A DNA stretch of 64,000 nt from an uncultured Gemmatimonadales bacterium. GTDB lineage: Bacteria > Gemmatimonadota > Gemmatimonadetes > Longimicrobiales > RSA9. The notes beneath the pieces are model-generated. The model was not told the origin of the DNA and ran no database searches. It worked only from the letters and a program-made list of their open reading frames with translations. This document shows, one piece after another, positions 27,422 through 36,770 of the stretch. The stretch is from contig CAWCUS010000006.1 in NCBI GenBank assembly GCA_963798845.1, forward strand, positions 416,001-480,000, written 5' to 3'. Each line of letters opens with the position of its first letter. The first letter of the stretch is position 1. The position numbers and the translations under genes were made by a program.

Positions 27422-28734
27422 GGCGCCAGCCCCCGGAGGTCGGCCGCGCGATGAAGCGCCCGCGCCACCGCATCCACGTCCGGCTCACTCGCCCCCGGCT
27501 CGTTCAGCCGCCGCGTCGCCGCCGCGCCGTTCCCGGGCGCCCCGGTCCGCTCGAGGACGGCGGCGGGCCGCGCCGGCGGCGGTCCCACCCCCGCCGATCC
27601 GTGACCCGGCCACGCTGCGGGAAGGCCGCCAGCCGGACCACCCCGGTCCCGACCCTCCCCGACGACCCGGGGTCCGCGGCTCGTCCCGCCGCCGGGCCAA
27701 CCCTCACCGCCCGGCCCGAAGATCCCGGGATAGACGGCCGCCAGCGCTTCCCGGGCCAGCGGCTGATCCCCAGGTCCGCTCGGGGCCGGGGTCCAGGCCG
27801 CAGCCATCGCCGTCGATCTCCGAGGGGGGCGGACCTCTGCCGGGTGCCGGAGATCGGCCGCCGCAGCGCCGGCGGTCTCACCGAGCGGAGCGTCGGAGGG
27901 CGCGGACCGTCGCCCGGAACTGTGGACCGGTTCACGCTCCCTGCCGGAGGCTCCGCCGCCCACCGCCACCCGCCCAGGGGAGGCGAGGGCGCGGATTCCG
28001 TTCACCACCCCGGGTCCCCCCGGCGCGGTGAGGCCGACCGCGCCGGCCGCCGGCCGGCCACGCCCCTCGCCCGATCCGGGCGCAGGACTGCTGGCCTCCG
28101 GCCGGGGGACCGCGGCCGGGACCACCGTGAGATCCGGGATCGCCCGTGCGCGGCGGAGCAGGTCGCCCGCCAGGTCGTCGCGGACCTCTTCCAACGACTG
28201 CAGGTCCGGGATTCGCGCCCGGGCGGCCCCGGTGGGCCCATCCAGTGCGAGGGAGATCCACCCGTCGGAGTCCGCCACGGCACCCGCCTCCCGCTCCGCC
28301 TCGCCGTACGCCACTGCCAGCGCGTCCACTTCGGCCGCATCCGCGTCAGCCAGCTCCCGCGGCGACCAGCCCACCCGGCGACCCAGCACCCCCGCCTCCT
28401 CGGCGAAGCCGGGCGCGCCGGAATCGGCGCCGGCGAGGTGGAGGGCGAGGATCGAAGCGACGAGCGCCAGTGCGGGGGGAACTGGAGCTTCGTCGGCGGC
28501 AGCCCGGAGCACCGCTTCGGCCAACGCTGTCCGTGGATCCCGGCCGACCGGTCCGGCCGGCCCGTCTGCCGCGAACGCACGGGTGAGCCGCGCTCGCTCG
28601 CCGAACCGGAGCGGGCGCAGCGCGAGGCCAGGTGACTCGAGGAGTCGGAGCCCGGCGCCTTCGACGGCGATGGGAATGGAGCGGCCGGCGATGCGGGCGA
28701 TGCCTTCGCCCGGCCGCACGTCCACGCGCGCCAC
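27418..28734 (-). CDS. Hypothetical protein; possible tail-assembly chaperone N-terminus plus low-complexity tail
   Basis: LRPLRFGER, VGWSPRELAD motifs; Pro/Gly/Ala-rich C-terminus; directly after the tube gene. Confidence 0.5.
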   Translation of the reverse strand: MARVDVRPGEGIARIAGRSIPIAVEGAGLRLLESPGLALRPLRFGERARLTRAFAADGPAGPVGRDPRTALAEAVLRAAADEAPVPPALALVASILALHLAGADSGAPGFAEEAGVLGRRVGWSPRELADADAAEVDALAVAYGEAEREAGAVADSDGWISLALDGPTGAARARIPDLQSLEEVRDDLAGDLLRRARAIPDLTVVPAAVPRPEASSPAPGSGEGRGRPAAGAVGLTAPGGPGVVNGIRALASPGRVAVGGGASGREREPVHSSGRRSAPSDAPLGETAGAAAADLRHPAEVRPPRRSTAMAAAWTPAPSGPGDQPLAREALAAVYPGIFGPGGEGWPGGGTSRGPRVVGEGRDRGGPAGGLPAAWPGHGSAGVGPPPARPAAVLERTGAPGNGAAATRRLNEPGASEPDVDAVARALHRAADLRGLAP

Positions 28735-28737
28735 CGG

Positions 28738-29118
28738 CTACTGCTCCTCGCGGACCCGAGTGGCCGTGAACGCGTACACGGATTCGCCGTGGCCCCCGGT
28801 GGTCATTTCGAAGCTCTTCTCGGTGAGCAGTACCTCGTCGAACGCCACGGTGAGCGTCTCCTCGCCCCGCCGGAGCTGCGCCAGGATCTGGAGGAACTCG
28901 CCGGCCGCCCGTCCCTGGTCGAGAACGGGGCTGGTGGAGGCCACCCGGATCCGGCCATCGACGCTCACAGGCCCGCTGACCACGCCCACTCGTTCGGCCC
29001 CGCCCACGGCATAGACGCTGGTGTGCGCCGTCCGCCGCCGGTACTCGATGCCCTGCACCCCCGGCACCGCCTCCCCGTTCACCAGGATGGTGCTTTCGTT
29101 CGCCGCGAAGATCGTCAT
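28738..29118 (-). CDS. Tail tube protein
   Basis: 126-aa beta-rich ORF directly after sheath (GVQGIEY, VYAVG, FDEV...KSF...YAFTA). Confidence 0.7.
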   Translation of the reverse strand: MTIFAANESTILVNGEAVPGVQGIEYRRRTAHTSVYAVGGAERVGVVSGPVSVDGRIRVASTSPVLDQGRAAGEFLQILAQLRRGEETLTVAFDEVLLTEKSFEMTTGGHGESVYAFTATRVREEQ

Positions 29119-29143
29119 TCGTGCCTCCCTGACTCGCGCCGCG

Positions 29144-30841
29144 TCAGTTCTTCACGCGGATGGTGGCGTAGATGTAGTCGATGGCCCGGACGGGTCGGAC
29201 GGCGATGTCGATCCGGACGATGCCCTGGGCGAAGTCGAGCTGGGTCGAGTAGACATCCACCAGGAACGCCGGGTCGCTGCCATCGGTGGACGGGACCAGC
29301 GCCCCCTCCCGCTCCATGCGCGTGAACGTCGCCACGATCTGCTGGCGCAGCGCCGTGCGCGCGTCCGCGCTGTTGAGCTCCCCGATGAAGTTCTCCGAGA
29401 TCGCCTTCACCTCCCGGATGCACGCATCAGCCACCCGCGTCACCGAGATCTGGTCGCCCGACGTGTCCAGGCCCCGCAGCACGATCACGCCCCGGCCCGT
29501 CCGCTGCTGGACCACCAGGACGTTGTGGGTCGGGCCCAGCAGGCGGTTCAGCTCGCTCCCCGTGTAGCTCGCCGGCTCGATGCCGAACAGCGGCACCGGC
29601 TTGAACGTCGGCGAGATCTCCGGGTCCAGGCGGGCCACCAGCCCGGCCACGGCCCCCGCCGCTCCCGCGGGCGAGACCAGGACGAATCGGCGGTTGCGCA
29701 CCGCCGCCGCATGGTCCCGGATCCGGTCCAGGTTGTCCTCCTCGTTCGGCGTCACCGATCCGAACGCGATCCGCGGCGAGCCCTGGTCCGTCTGCGTCAC
29801 CGCGTGCGCTCCCAGCGACTGGTGCACCTGCCGGACGAACGCGTCCGTCCGGGTCGGCTCCACGCTCGCCAGGACCAGGTTGATCCGCGGATCCTCCGCC
29901 AGACGGTCGATCGCCGTCCGGTACTGGGCGATCGTCGGCGACGATCCGCCCGCCAGCGGAACCGGCCCCGTCGTCGCCGCCGGCAGCCTGTCCGCACCCT
30001 CCAGCGAGTTCGCCTGCCGCACCTGCACGATCTGGCTGGACGCCAGCAGCACCGCCGGCAGGTGCCGCGCGCTGTCCGGGTCCATGGTCAGCCGGGTGAA
30101 CTCCTCCTGCTGCGCTCCGTCACGGAACACCTGCACCGTCAGGTTGTCCGCGCTCCCGCCCGCGATCGTCACCGTCACGCCGTTCGGGTCCACGCCACTG
30201 TCCGGCATCAGCTCGAACAGCGCGTCCGTCTCCCCTGCCTGCGGCACCTCCACGCCGCTGCCGTCCGTCGGGAGCGCGTACATCCCCGCGGCCGGACGCG
30301 CCCCCACGAAACCGGGATCCAGAGCGACGACGTACGTCGACCGGCGATTGATCGTGTCGAACAGGTCGCTCGGGTCCCCGGGCTCCACGATCAGGTCCGG
30401 GAAGGTCTCAACCGCCGCTCCATCACGGAGCAGCCGAAGCGTGGCCCGCACCACCGTCCCGCTGGCGTCCGTCACCGCCCGCACGTCCGCAGACACCTGG
30501 CTCGACCACTCCCCCGGCACCCGTGCCCGCAGGATCACCGCCGGGTTCCCGTCCGCGTTGTTCAGCGTCACGCTCCCCACTCCCCCACCCTGAACGGGCG
30601 AGACCACCACCTCCTGCGCCCCGTTCGCCAGCAGGTGCACGATCTCCGGCGTCGACGCCGCGGTCCCCGGACCGATCAGCCCGGCCACCTCCGACGCCTT
30701 GGTCAATCCCACCAGATCCACCGGGCTCGGCGGCCGGTCCACAAGCGCCGCGATTCCCACCACACCCGACGCGGCCGGAAGAGGCGGCAGCACGTCGAAG
30801 CGCGCTTCCACGCTCACGCCGGGAACGATCAATGTGGCCAT
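29144..30841 (-). CDS. Contractile tail sheath protein
   Basis: N-terminal PGVSVE; C-terminal ISVTRVAD...FIGELN, VRIDIAVRPVRAIDYIYATIRV. Confidence 0.92.
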   Translation of the reverse strand: MATLIVPGVSVEARFDVLPPLPAASGVVGIAALVDRPPSPVDLVGLTKASEVAGLIGPGTAASTPEIVHLLANGAQEVVVSPVQGGGVGSVTLNNADGNPAVILRARVPGEWSSQVSADVRAVTDASGTVVRATLRLLRDGAAVETFPDLIVEPGDPSDLFDTINRRSTYVVALDPGFVGARPAAGMYALPTDGSGVEVPQAGETDALFELMPDSGVDPNGVTVTIAGGSADNLTVQVFRDGAQQEEFTRLTMDPDSARHLPAVLLASSQIVQVRQANSLEGADRLPAATTGPVPLAGGSSPTIAQYRTAIDRLAEDPRINLVLASVEPTRTDAFVRQVHQSLGAHAVTQTDQGSPRIAFGSVTPNEEDNLDRIRDHAAAVRNRRFVLVSPAGAAGAVAGLVARLDPEISPTFKPVPLFGIEPASYTGSELNRLLGPTHNVLVVQQRTGRGVIVLRGLDTSGDQISVTRVADACIREVKAISENFIGELNSADARTALRQQIVATFTRMEREGALVPSTDGSDPAFLVDVYSTQLDFAQGIVRIDIAVRPVRAIDYIYATIRVKN

Positions 30842-31036
30842 GGACTCCCCCCTGGTACGGGACTCAAACCCTGGCGACGCGCGGCCACCTCCGACGCCGG
30901 CGGCGAACCGGAAGGCCGGATGGCACGGTCGATGGACGGCTCCTCACGAGAGCGGGCACACGGCTCGACAGCTTGGACGGGGTTCCCTCAGGCAGTCGGC
31001 AGGCTGGCAGCCGCGGCCCCGAAGCGAATGGATTCC

Positions 31037-31080
31037 ACAGTAGTCAAGGGCGCACCGGTGCGTCAATGAATATCATTCTC
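31037..31080 (-). promoter_or_regulatory. Putative sigma70 promoter of the tail operon overlapped by a Fur-box-like operator
   Basis: Minus strand TTGACG-18 bp-TACTGT. GAGAATGATATTCATTGAC (31062-31080) matches GATAATGATAATCATTATC at 15/19. Confidence 0.55.
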
Positions 31081-31173
31081 ACCGCCGCGACGCCCCGCTC
31101 TTGCGGCTGGCGGGCGCGGGCGGGGCGCTCAGAATGAGAGGCGGCCGGGCGGGAAGCCGGGCGGGCGAAAGCG

Positions 31174-34100
31174 TCAAGTGGGAGCGTGGAGCTTCCAGCG
31201 CTGGAGCTCGTCCATCGGACGTTCCCGGGCGCTGCGAAATCCCAGGTCGAGCCACGGCATGAATCGGCCCTCGGCGTCGCTCTCGAGGGCGAAGTAGACG
31301 CGCTCGAGGCGTTCCCCGATGCTCTCGGGCACCGAGCCATCGAGCGGGGAGAAGGTGTTCTTCTGCATGATGGTGCCCATGACCCAGGCGGTGGCGGCGG
31401 AGATCCGGTGTGGGAGCTCGTTTTCGAGGCGCTGCAGGAAGCCGCCCGCTTCCTCCCGCAGGCGCTCCATCTCGGGATCGAGGTGCTGGTAGACCTCCTC
31501 CCAGGCCAGCCGGTCGATGCGCTCGAGGGTGGCATCGATCGAGGTGGCGAAGGCGCCGACGTGCGCCAGCCAGTCCGGCTGCGGGTGGCCTTCGAGGTCG
31601 CGAGCCAGCTCGGTGCACGCGACCCTGACCGTGGCGCTCCAGCCGTCCGCCATGTCGGGGGCGAGATAGGCGAGATTCTGGCTGCGCCAGATGAAGTAGA
31701 GGAGCGCGGCGAGGAGCGGGGTGGCGACGGGGGCCGCGCTCCCGGGGAGCGCCCCCTTTCTCTGGAGCCGGGCGACGAGGCTGTCGGTGAAGGCGACGGT
31801 CTCGCGCATGTCCTCGAACCGGTTCCCGTGTCCGAAGACGACGGCGTTCCAGTAGATGTCGTCGGGGGTGCGTTCCGGCTGGCGGAGCTCGACCGAGCCG
31901 GCGACCGCCTCCTGCTGCGCCTGGGCGTCGGTGATGGCATCCATCAGTGCGCGCATCTCGTCCTGGTCGCCGGGTTCCGCTCCGGTCGTCCGCATCTCGA
32001 GGCCTCGCTGCCGGAGCAGGATCCTGGCGCGGTCGCCGCGGACGCTCATGAGCAGGACGCTCCACAGCTCGTCGAGGGTGGCCAGCGGCTCGATGAAGCG
32101 GATCGCCTCATCGATCCGCGCGAGCCGCGAGGCGGTGGGCTCGTCGCCGTCCGGCTGCTTGAGACGGGCGACCCGGGTCATGGCCATGGCCGGGAGGTGG
32201 TCGATCTCGTCGGCGAGCTGCACCACCCGGTCCCACCGGTCGCGCAGGGCGTCCGTGCCCAGCCCGGGGACATCGGCGGCGAGGCGGATGAGAGCGACGG
32301 CGGCGAGCAGGCGGACGTCGTCCGGTTCGTCGGACAGGCGGTTCTGGGCGTCGAGCCAGAGCCCGGCGTTCCGCTCGTCGTCGGGCTGAAGGGAGAACCA
32401 GGCATCGAGGAGGCGGTCGGTGAGGGATCCCTCGCCGGGCACCGGGTCGAGGGTGACCCACGGATCCCCGATCATCACGGTCGAGCCCCACAGCATCGGG
32501 TGCACGCCGCTCTCCGCCATCCCTTTCCTGGCGCGGCGCAGAGCCTCGCCGAGCGGGTGCTGTTCGGCCTGGCGGTAGAACTCGAGGGCGAGGTCGGAGG
32601 CTGCGGAATCCTCTACGGGAAGCAGGTTGGCGACGCAGGCCGGGGCGCCCGCCTCCACGAGCGTGTGGGCGATCCCGCGGCTGATCCCGGCGCCGATGTA
32701 CCGGGTCCGGCCGAGGCTGCACGTGTTGAGGAACACGACCGGGAGGTGGGGGAATCGCCGCTCGAGCAGGTGGTCGACCGTGAGCCGGCTGTCGTCGGCC
32801 AGCACCAGCGCCTCCTCGCCGGCCACGACTCCGTGAGCGGCGATGTGGGCGTGGGCGACCAGCGGCAGCCGGTCGACCAGGAACTCGCCCGACAGCCGGT
32901 CCTCGGCGATCTCGGGAGCGTCCCACCCGTGCCCCGACAGCGTCTCCCGAACGGTGGCGACCTCGGTCCTGGAAAGGGGCAGCTCGTCCCAGCCATGAAC
33001 CCGCGAAGCCGAGAGCAGCAGGGCCCGGCGGTGCGGCACGCGGGTGGACAGCCGCTCCACCGAGCGGGTGAGGGCGCGGACGGAAACGAAGCGGGCGACG
33101 ACGTGGCCGACCCCGAGATAGACGTCGCCGTCGTGGAGCAGCTCGAGCGCGACGTGGCTGGCGCCGCGGAAGTCCGGTGCAACGAGGAGCGTAGGGTGCC
33201 GCGCGATGGCATCCCGGAGCTCGGATGGGAGGAGGTCGTGGGCCGTCCGGCCGAGGTCTGCGATCCGGTCGCCGGGTGGCAGGTCGCCGGTGAGCTGGAC
33301 GAGGCCGGCGTCCTCGTCGAGCGCCCGTACCAGCTCGGACATCGCGTCCACGAATGCGACAGGGGCCTCGAACGCCCGGAGCGGCGAGTCCGGGTCGCCG
33401 GACGCGCAGAAGAACGTGCACCCGTCGCGGTGCTCCTGCTGCACCAGGGCCAGGGCGTCCGGGCGGTCGCGGAGGGCGTGAGCGATGCGCTGGAGCCGGT
33501 CGGCGGCGAGGAGCATGGCGGCGGCCGGGTCGTCCGAAGGCTCACCCTCGCCCGGCACGGGGTCGCCATCGAAGGGCTCGCCCGGGATCCGTGTGAGCCG
33601 CGTGCCGCGGAGCGCATCGAGGAGCACGGCGAGGCGGGTGCGGTGCCGAGGACCCGGATCCGCTTCCCAGGCGGTCCGGGCGCACCGCACGGATCGGGCG
33701 ACGGCGTCGTCGAAGAGGCTGCGCACGCGGAGGTCGTCCAGGGGATGGTCGGGGTGCTCCAGCAGGTCCCGGAGGGCGTCCAGGAAGGCCGCGGCGAAGG
33801 GCTCTGCATCGACCTCCTCCGGCAGGGAGCGCAGCATGGTCCCGCTCACGAACGCGTACGCCAGGGGGTCCACGATCCCGCCGAGCGCATCCTGAAGCCT
33901 ACGTCCCCACCCGGCGGCGCGGTCGGATCCGGCATGAGCGGAAGCGATCAACGCTGAATGGAGCACCGCGTCCCAGTCGTCGGGGCGGCCGCGCGCGGTG
34001 CCGACGCGCTCGACGAGGAGGGCGGCGGCCTCCGTCGCGTCCGTGTCGGGCAGGCCCGTGACCAGCGGGGCGAAGTCGATCGGGCTTGCGTCGTCGGGGA

Positions 34101-34875
34101 TGCCGCAGGCCCGGACGGTCGCCCACAGGTCGGCGGCGAGCGCCGGCGGTACCCCGTCGACGAGGGCGAGGGCCCGGGCCCGATTCAGGGCGTTGCGCGA
34201 GACGACGGCGCGGACCTGGTGGGCGGCGAGCATCAGGACCTGCTGCGCCGCGGGTGAGGCGGTCACCGCGTCACCGAAGAGCATGCGGACCAGCGCCATG
34301 CTCGTCTCGACCAGCCGATCGGCGTCGAGAGCGATGGGGTCGAGGGCGTCGGCCGCGCGCTCGTATGCCCGCGCTGCCTGGCGGTTGTCCAGGGCGAGCT
34401 CGGCAAGGGAGCCCTGAAGGTGCCATCGGAAGCCGGTGACGTACGGTCGGGCGCTCCCGGCCACCTCGATCTCCTCCAGCAGCGCCCCCGCCCGACCGAC
34501 CGCCTCGTACCCGTCGAAGCGGGCCTGGCGCCGCAGGTCGGCTTCCGCCTGGTAGAGGTGGAGCAGCACCCGTGCCGCACCACTCTCCGGGTCGTCATCG
34601 GACAGGAAAGGGTCCGCGAGCACACCGACCCGGGCGAGGGCCGCCACCGCGTCGGGGCCGGCTGCCATGCGGGCGTTGAAACAGGCCGTCAGCGCGATCC
34701 GGTGGACCTGTCTCGCGTAGTCGGGGGCGCGCTCGAGGAGGTGCTCGAGGCTCTGAGCGGCTTCCACGAGCAGGTCATCGCGGCTCCGGCCCGACTCGAT
34801 CCAGCTCTGGAGCGAGGAATTGAAGCGCTGGAGCCAGACCTGACCTTCAAGGCTGCGGGGATCGGAGCTCGGCAT
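31174..34875 (-). CDS. CHAT-domain (caspase-like) protease with helical N- and C-terminal regions
   Basis: Catalytic dyad motifs HIAAHG and VFLNTCS; GIAHTLVEAGAPACVANLLPVED; FY...GEALRRAR...WGSTVMIGDP. Confidence 0.85.
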   Translation of the reverse strand: MPSSDPRSLEGQVWLQRFNSSLQSWIESGRSRDDLLVEAAQSLEHLLERAPDYARQVHRIALTACFNARMAAGPDAVAALARVGVLADPFLSDDDPESGAARVLLHLYQAEADLRRQARFDGYEAVGRAGALLEEIEVAGSARPYVTGFRWHLQGSLAELALDNRQAARAYERAADALDPIALDADRLVETSMALVRMLFGDAVTASPAAQQVLMLAAHQVRAVVSRNALNRARALALVDGVPPALAADLWATVRACGIPDDASPIDFAPLVTGLPDTDATEAAALLVERVGTARGRPDDWDAVLHSALIASAHAGSDRAAGWGRRLQDALGGIVDPLAYAFVSGTMLRSLPEEVDAEPFAAAFLDALRDLLEHPDHPLDDLRVRSLFDDAVARSVRCARTAWEADPGPRHRTRLAVLLDALRGTRLTRIPGEPFDGDPVPGEGEPSDDPAAAMLLAADRLQRIAHALRDRPDALALVQQEHRDGCTFFCASGDPDSPLRAFEAPVAFVDAMSELVRALDEDAGLVQLTGDLPPGDRIADLGRTAHDLLPSELRDAIARHPTLLVAPDFRGASHVALELLHDGDVYLGVGHVVARFVSVRALTRSVERLSTRVPHRRALLLSASRVHGWDELPLSRTEVATVRETLSGHGWDAPEIAEDRLSGEFLVDRLPLVAHAHIAAHGVVAGEEALVLADDSRLTVDHLLERRFPHLPVVFLNTCSLGRTRYIGAGISRGIAHTLVEAGAPACVANLLPVEDSAASDLALEFYRQAEQHPLGEALRRARKGMAESGVHPMLWGSTVMIGDPWVTLDPVPGEGSLTDRLLDAWFSLQPDDERNAGLWLDAQNRLSDEPDDVRLLAAVALIRLAADVPGLGTDALRDRWDRVVQLADEIDHLPAMAMTRVARLKQPDGDEPTASRLARIDEAIRFIEPLATLDELWSVLLMSVRGDRARILLRQRGLEMRTTGAEPGDQDEMRALMDAITDAQAQQEAVAGSVELRQPERTPDDIYWNAVVFGHGNRFEDMRETVAFTDSLVARLQRKGALPGSAAPVATPLLAALLYFIWRSQNLAYLAPDMADGWSATVRVACTELARDLEGHPQPDWLAHVGAFATSIDATLERIDRLAWEEVYQHLDPEMERLREEAGGFLQRLENELPHRISAATAWVMGTIMQKNTFSPLDGSVPESIGERLERVYFALESDAEGRFMPWLDLGFRSARERPMDELQRWKLHAPT

Positions 34876-35578
34876 GGCGGCCTTCCTCGCTTGGGCTGAC
34901 CGGTGCGGCGCGGTCGAGTTGTATCTCGAAGCTGAACGACAGGTCCTTGATCCGGTATTCGCCGGCCTCGGGATGTCGTCCGAGGCCGAAGCGGTCGCGG
35001 TACTGGAGGAAGGACGTGCGGTAGAGCCCGATGGTGTTGCCGGTCAGCTGATGGAGCAGCTGGGCCGACAGGTTGCCGAGCGTGGTGGCCGCGCTGGCGG
35101 CGGCGACGATGGCCGTGGCGTGCGGCGCGGCCGCGGTCAGCGCCAGGATCGTGGTGGCGGCGCTGCGGAAGTCGTCGGACCCGAGCCGGTCCTTCAGGAG
35201 GGCCGCCAGGTCCCGCGTGTCGCCTCGATCCCGCGACACCGTGACGAAGATGTCCAGGAAGTGGCGAGGCTTGCCGTAGAAGACGAGCAGGCCCGTGTCG
35301 CCGATCGGCAGCCGGTCGCCATCGCTCACCCGTCCGAAGCGGTGCGTCCCGGGCTCGTAGAACTGCTGTTCCTCGCCGTCCCGACCGGGCCCGTGAACCA
35401 CCAGGGTGTCGATGCGAATGTCCGCATCGCCGAACCACTTCCTGTTGTCGTGGATCGTGATCTCCTGGAGCCGCACGGCGAGGTTCGCGGCACCGCGGGT
35501 GTGCGCGGGTGCACCCCGCACCGGCTGCGGGATCGCGTCTGCGTCGACCGGACGGGAATCATCGATCAACCAGTCCAT
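34847..35578 (-). CDS. Hypothetical protein upstream of CHAT protease
   Basis: ATG at 35578, 243 aa, 29-bp overlap with CHAT start; beta-rich N-half and Ala-rich hydrophobic hairpin. Confidence 0.7.
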   Translation of the reverse strand: MDWLIDDSRPVDADAIPQPVRGAPAHTRGAANLAVRLQEITIHDNRKWFGDADIRIDTLVVHGPGRDGEEQQFYEPGTHRFGRVSDGDRLPIGDTGLLVFYGKPRHFLDIFVTVSRDRGDTRDLAALLKDRLGSDDFRSAATTILALTAAAPHATAIVAAASAATTLGNLSAQLLHQLTGNTIGLYRTSFLQYRDRFGLGRHPEAGEYRIKDLSFSFEIQLDRAAPVSPSEEGRHAELRSPQP

Positions 35579-35761
35579 GGGGATCTCCGGAAGAGGGTGA
35601 GGGAACCGGCCGGGGGCCCACCGTCGGGCGGAGCCGTATCGGGGGAGACGGCATTCTGGCGACCATAACGAGCCGCTCACGGGGGCGCCAGCTTCACGGC
35701 GCCGTCCGCACGAGGAGGCCCTGCAGCCCCGCCTGGCGGGGCAGCGGTCATTCGCCGCCCG

Positions 35762-36574
35762 CTAGAACCCGCCGATCCCGAAGTAGTACGCCAGGATGAC
35801 GGCACCGAAGAGGATCCGGTACCAGGCGAAGCCGCGGAAGTCGTGATTCCCGACATAGGAGAGCAGCCAGCGGACCACGAGCAGGCCGGAAACGAACGAC
35901 ACGATGAAGCCCACGGCGAAGACGCCGGCATCCCCCGGGTGCAGCCCGGCTCGGCCCTGATACAGGTCGTACAGGGTGGCGGCGAACATGACCGGGATGG
36001 CGAGAAAGAAGGAGAACTCGGTGGCGGCGACGCGGGAGCAGCGGAGCGCCATGGCGCCCATGATGGTGGCGCCGGAGCGGGACACGCCCGGAAAGAGGGC
36101 GAGCACCTGGGCGAAGCCAATGCCGAGGGCGGTGCGGGGACGGATCTCGGTGGCCTCTTCGGTCGTCGGCGCCGGTCGGAACCGCTCGACCAGCAGGATC
36201 CCGATCCCGCCGACGATGAGCGCGGCTGCGACGGTGATCGGGTTGAAGAGGTACTCGAGGATGTAGTCGTGGATGGCGAGGCCGATCACCGCGGCGGGGA
36301 GGAAGGCGAGCAGCAGGTTCCAGAGGAAGATCCTGTCTCTGCGGTTCCCGACCCAGTGCAGCGCCACGTCCAGGAGCATGCGGCGGTAGAACCAGACCAC
36401 GGCGAGGATCGCGCCCAGCTGGATGAAGATCGCGAACGTCTTGGCGCGCTCGTCTTCCCAGCGCAGCAGGTGCTCCGCGAGGATCAGGTGCCCGGTCGAG
36501 GACACGGGGATGAACTCGGTGGCCCCCTCCACCAGCCCGAGGATCACCGCCTTCAGGTACAGGATCGGGTCCAT
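35762..36574 (-). CDS. uppP: Undecaprenyl-diphosphate phosphatase
   Basis: GLVEGATEFIPVSSTGHL, IQLGAILAV, PGVSRSGAT. Confidence 0.95.
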   Translation of the reverse strand: MDPILYLKAVILGLVEGATEFIPVSSTGHLILAEHLLRWEDERAKTFAIFIQLGAILAVVWFYRRMLLDVALHWVGNRRDRIFLWNLLLAFLPAAVIGLAIHDYILEYLFNPITVAAALIVGGIGILLVERFRPAPTTEEATEIRPRTALGIGFAQVLALFPGVSRSGATIMGAMALRCSRVAATEFSFFLAIPVMFAATLYDLYQGRAGLHPGDAGVFAVGFIVSFVSGLLVVRWLLSYVGNHDFRGFAWYRILFGAVILAYYFGIGGF

Positions 36575-36770
36575 GCTCGCTCCGGTTCCGCTCCGCGGCC
36601 CGCAATCTCGCCCCCGAAGCGGCCGTCCACCAGCCGACCGGTCCACCCCGGGGTGGGCCGAGCGGGTGCGCAAGCACGATGCCGCGGCCCGGTCCGGCCC
36701 GGAACCTTACGCCCTCCCGACGGTTCTATCCCGTGCGAGATGGGCGATCTGACAGCAGCGGACGGCGACG

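Noticed and set aside
5939..30841. Prophage or canonical T6SS
   Set aside because: No capsid, portal, terminase, integrase or replication genes, and no TssJ/L/M, TssK, ClpV or TssB/TssC-type split sheath.
35579..35761. attR copy of the tRNA-Asn 3' end
   Set aside because: No match to TTCGAGTCCTGCCGCGGGAG found by eye; only a GC hairpin near 35726-35742.
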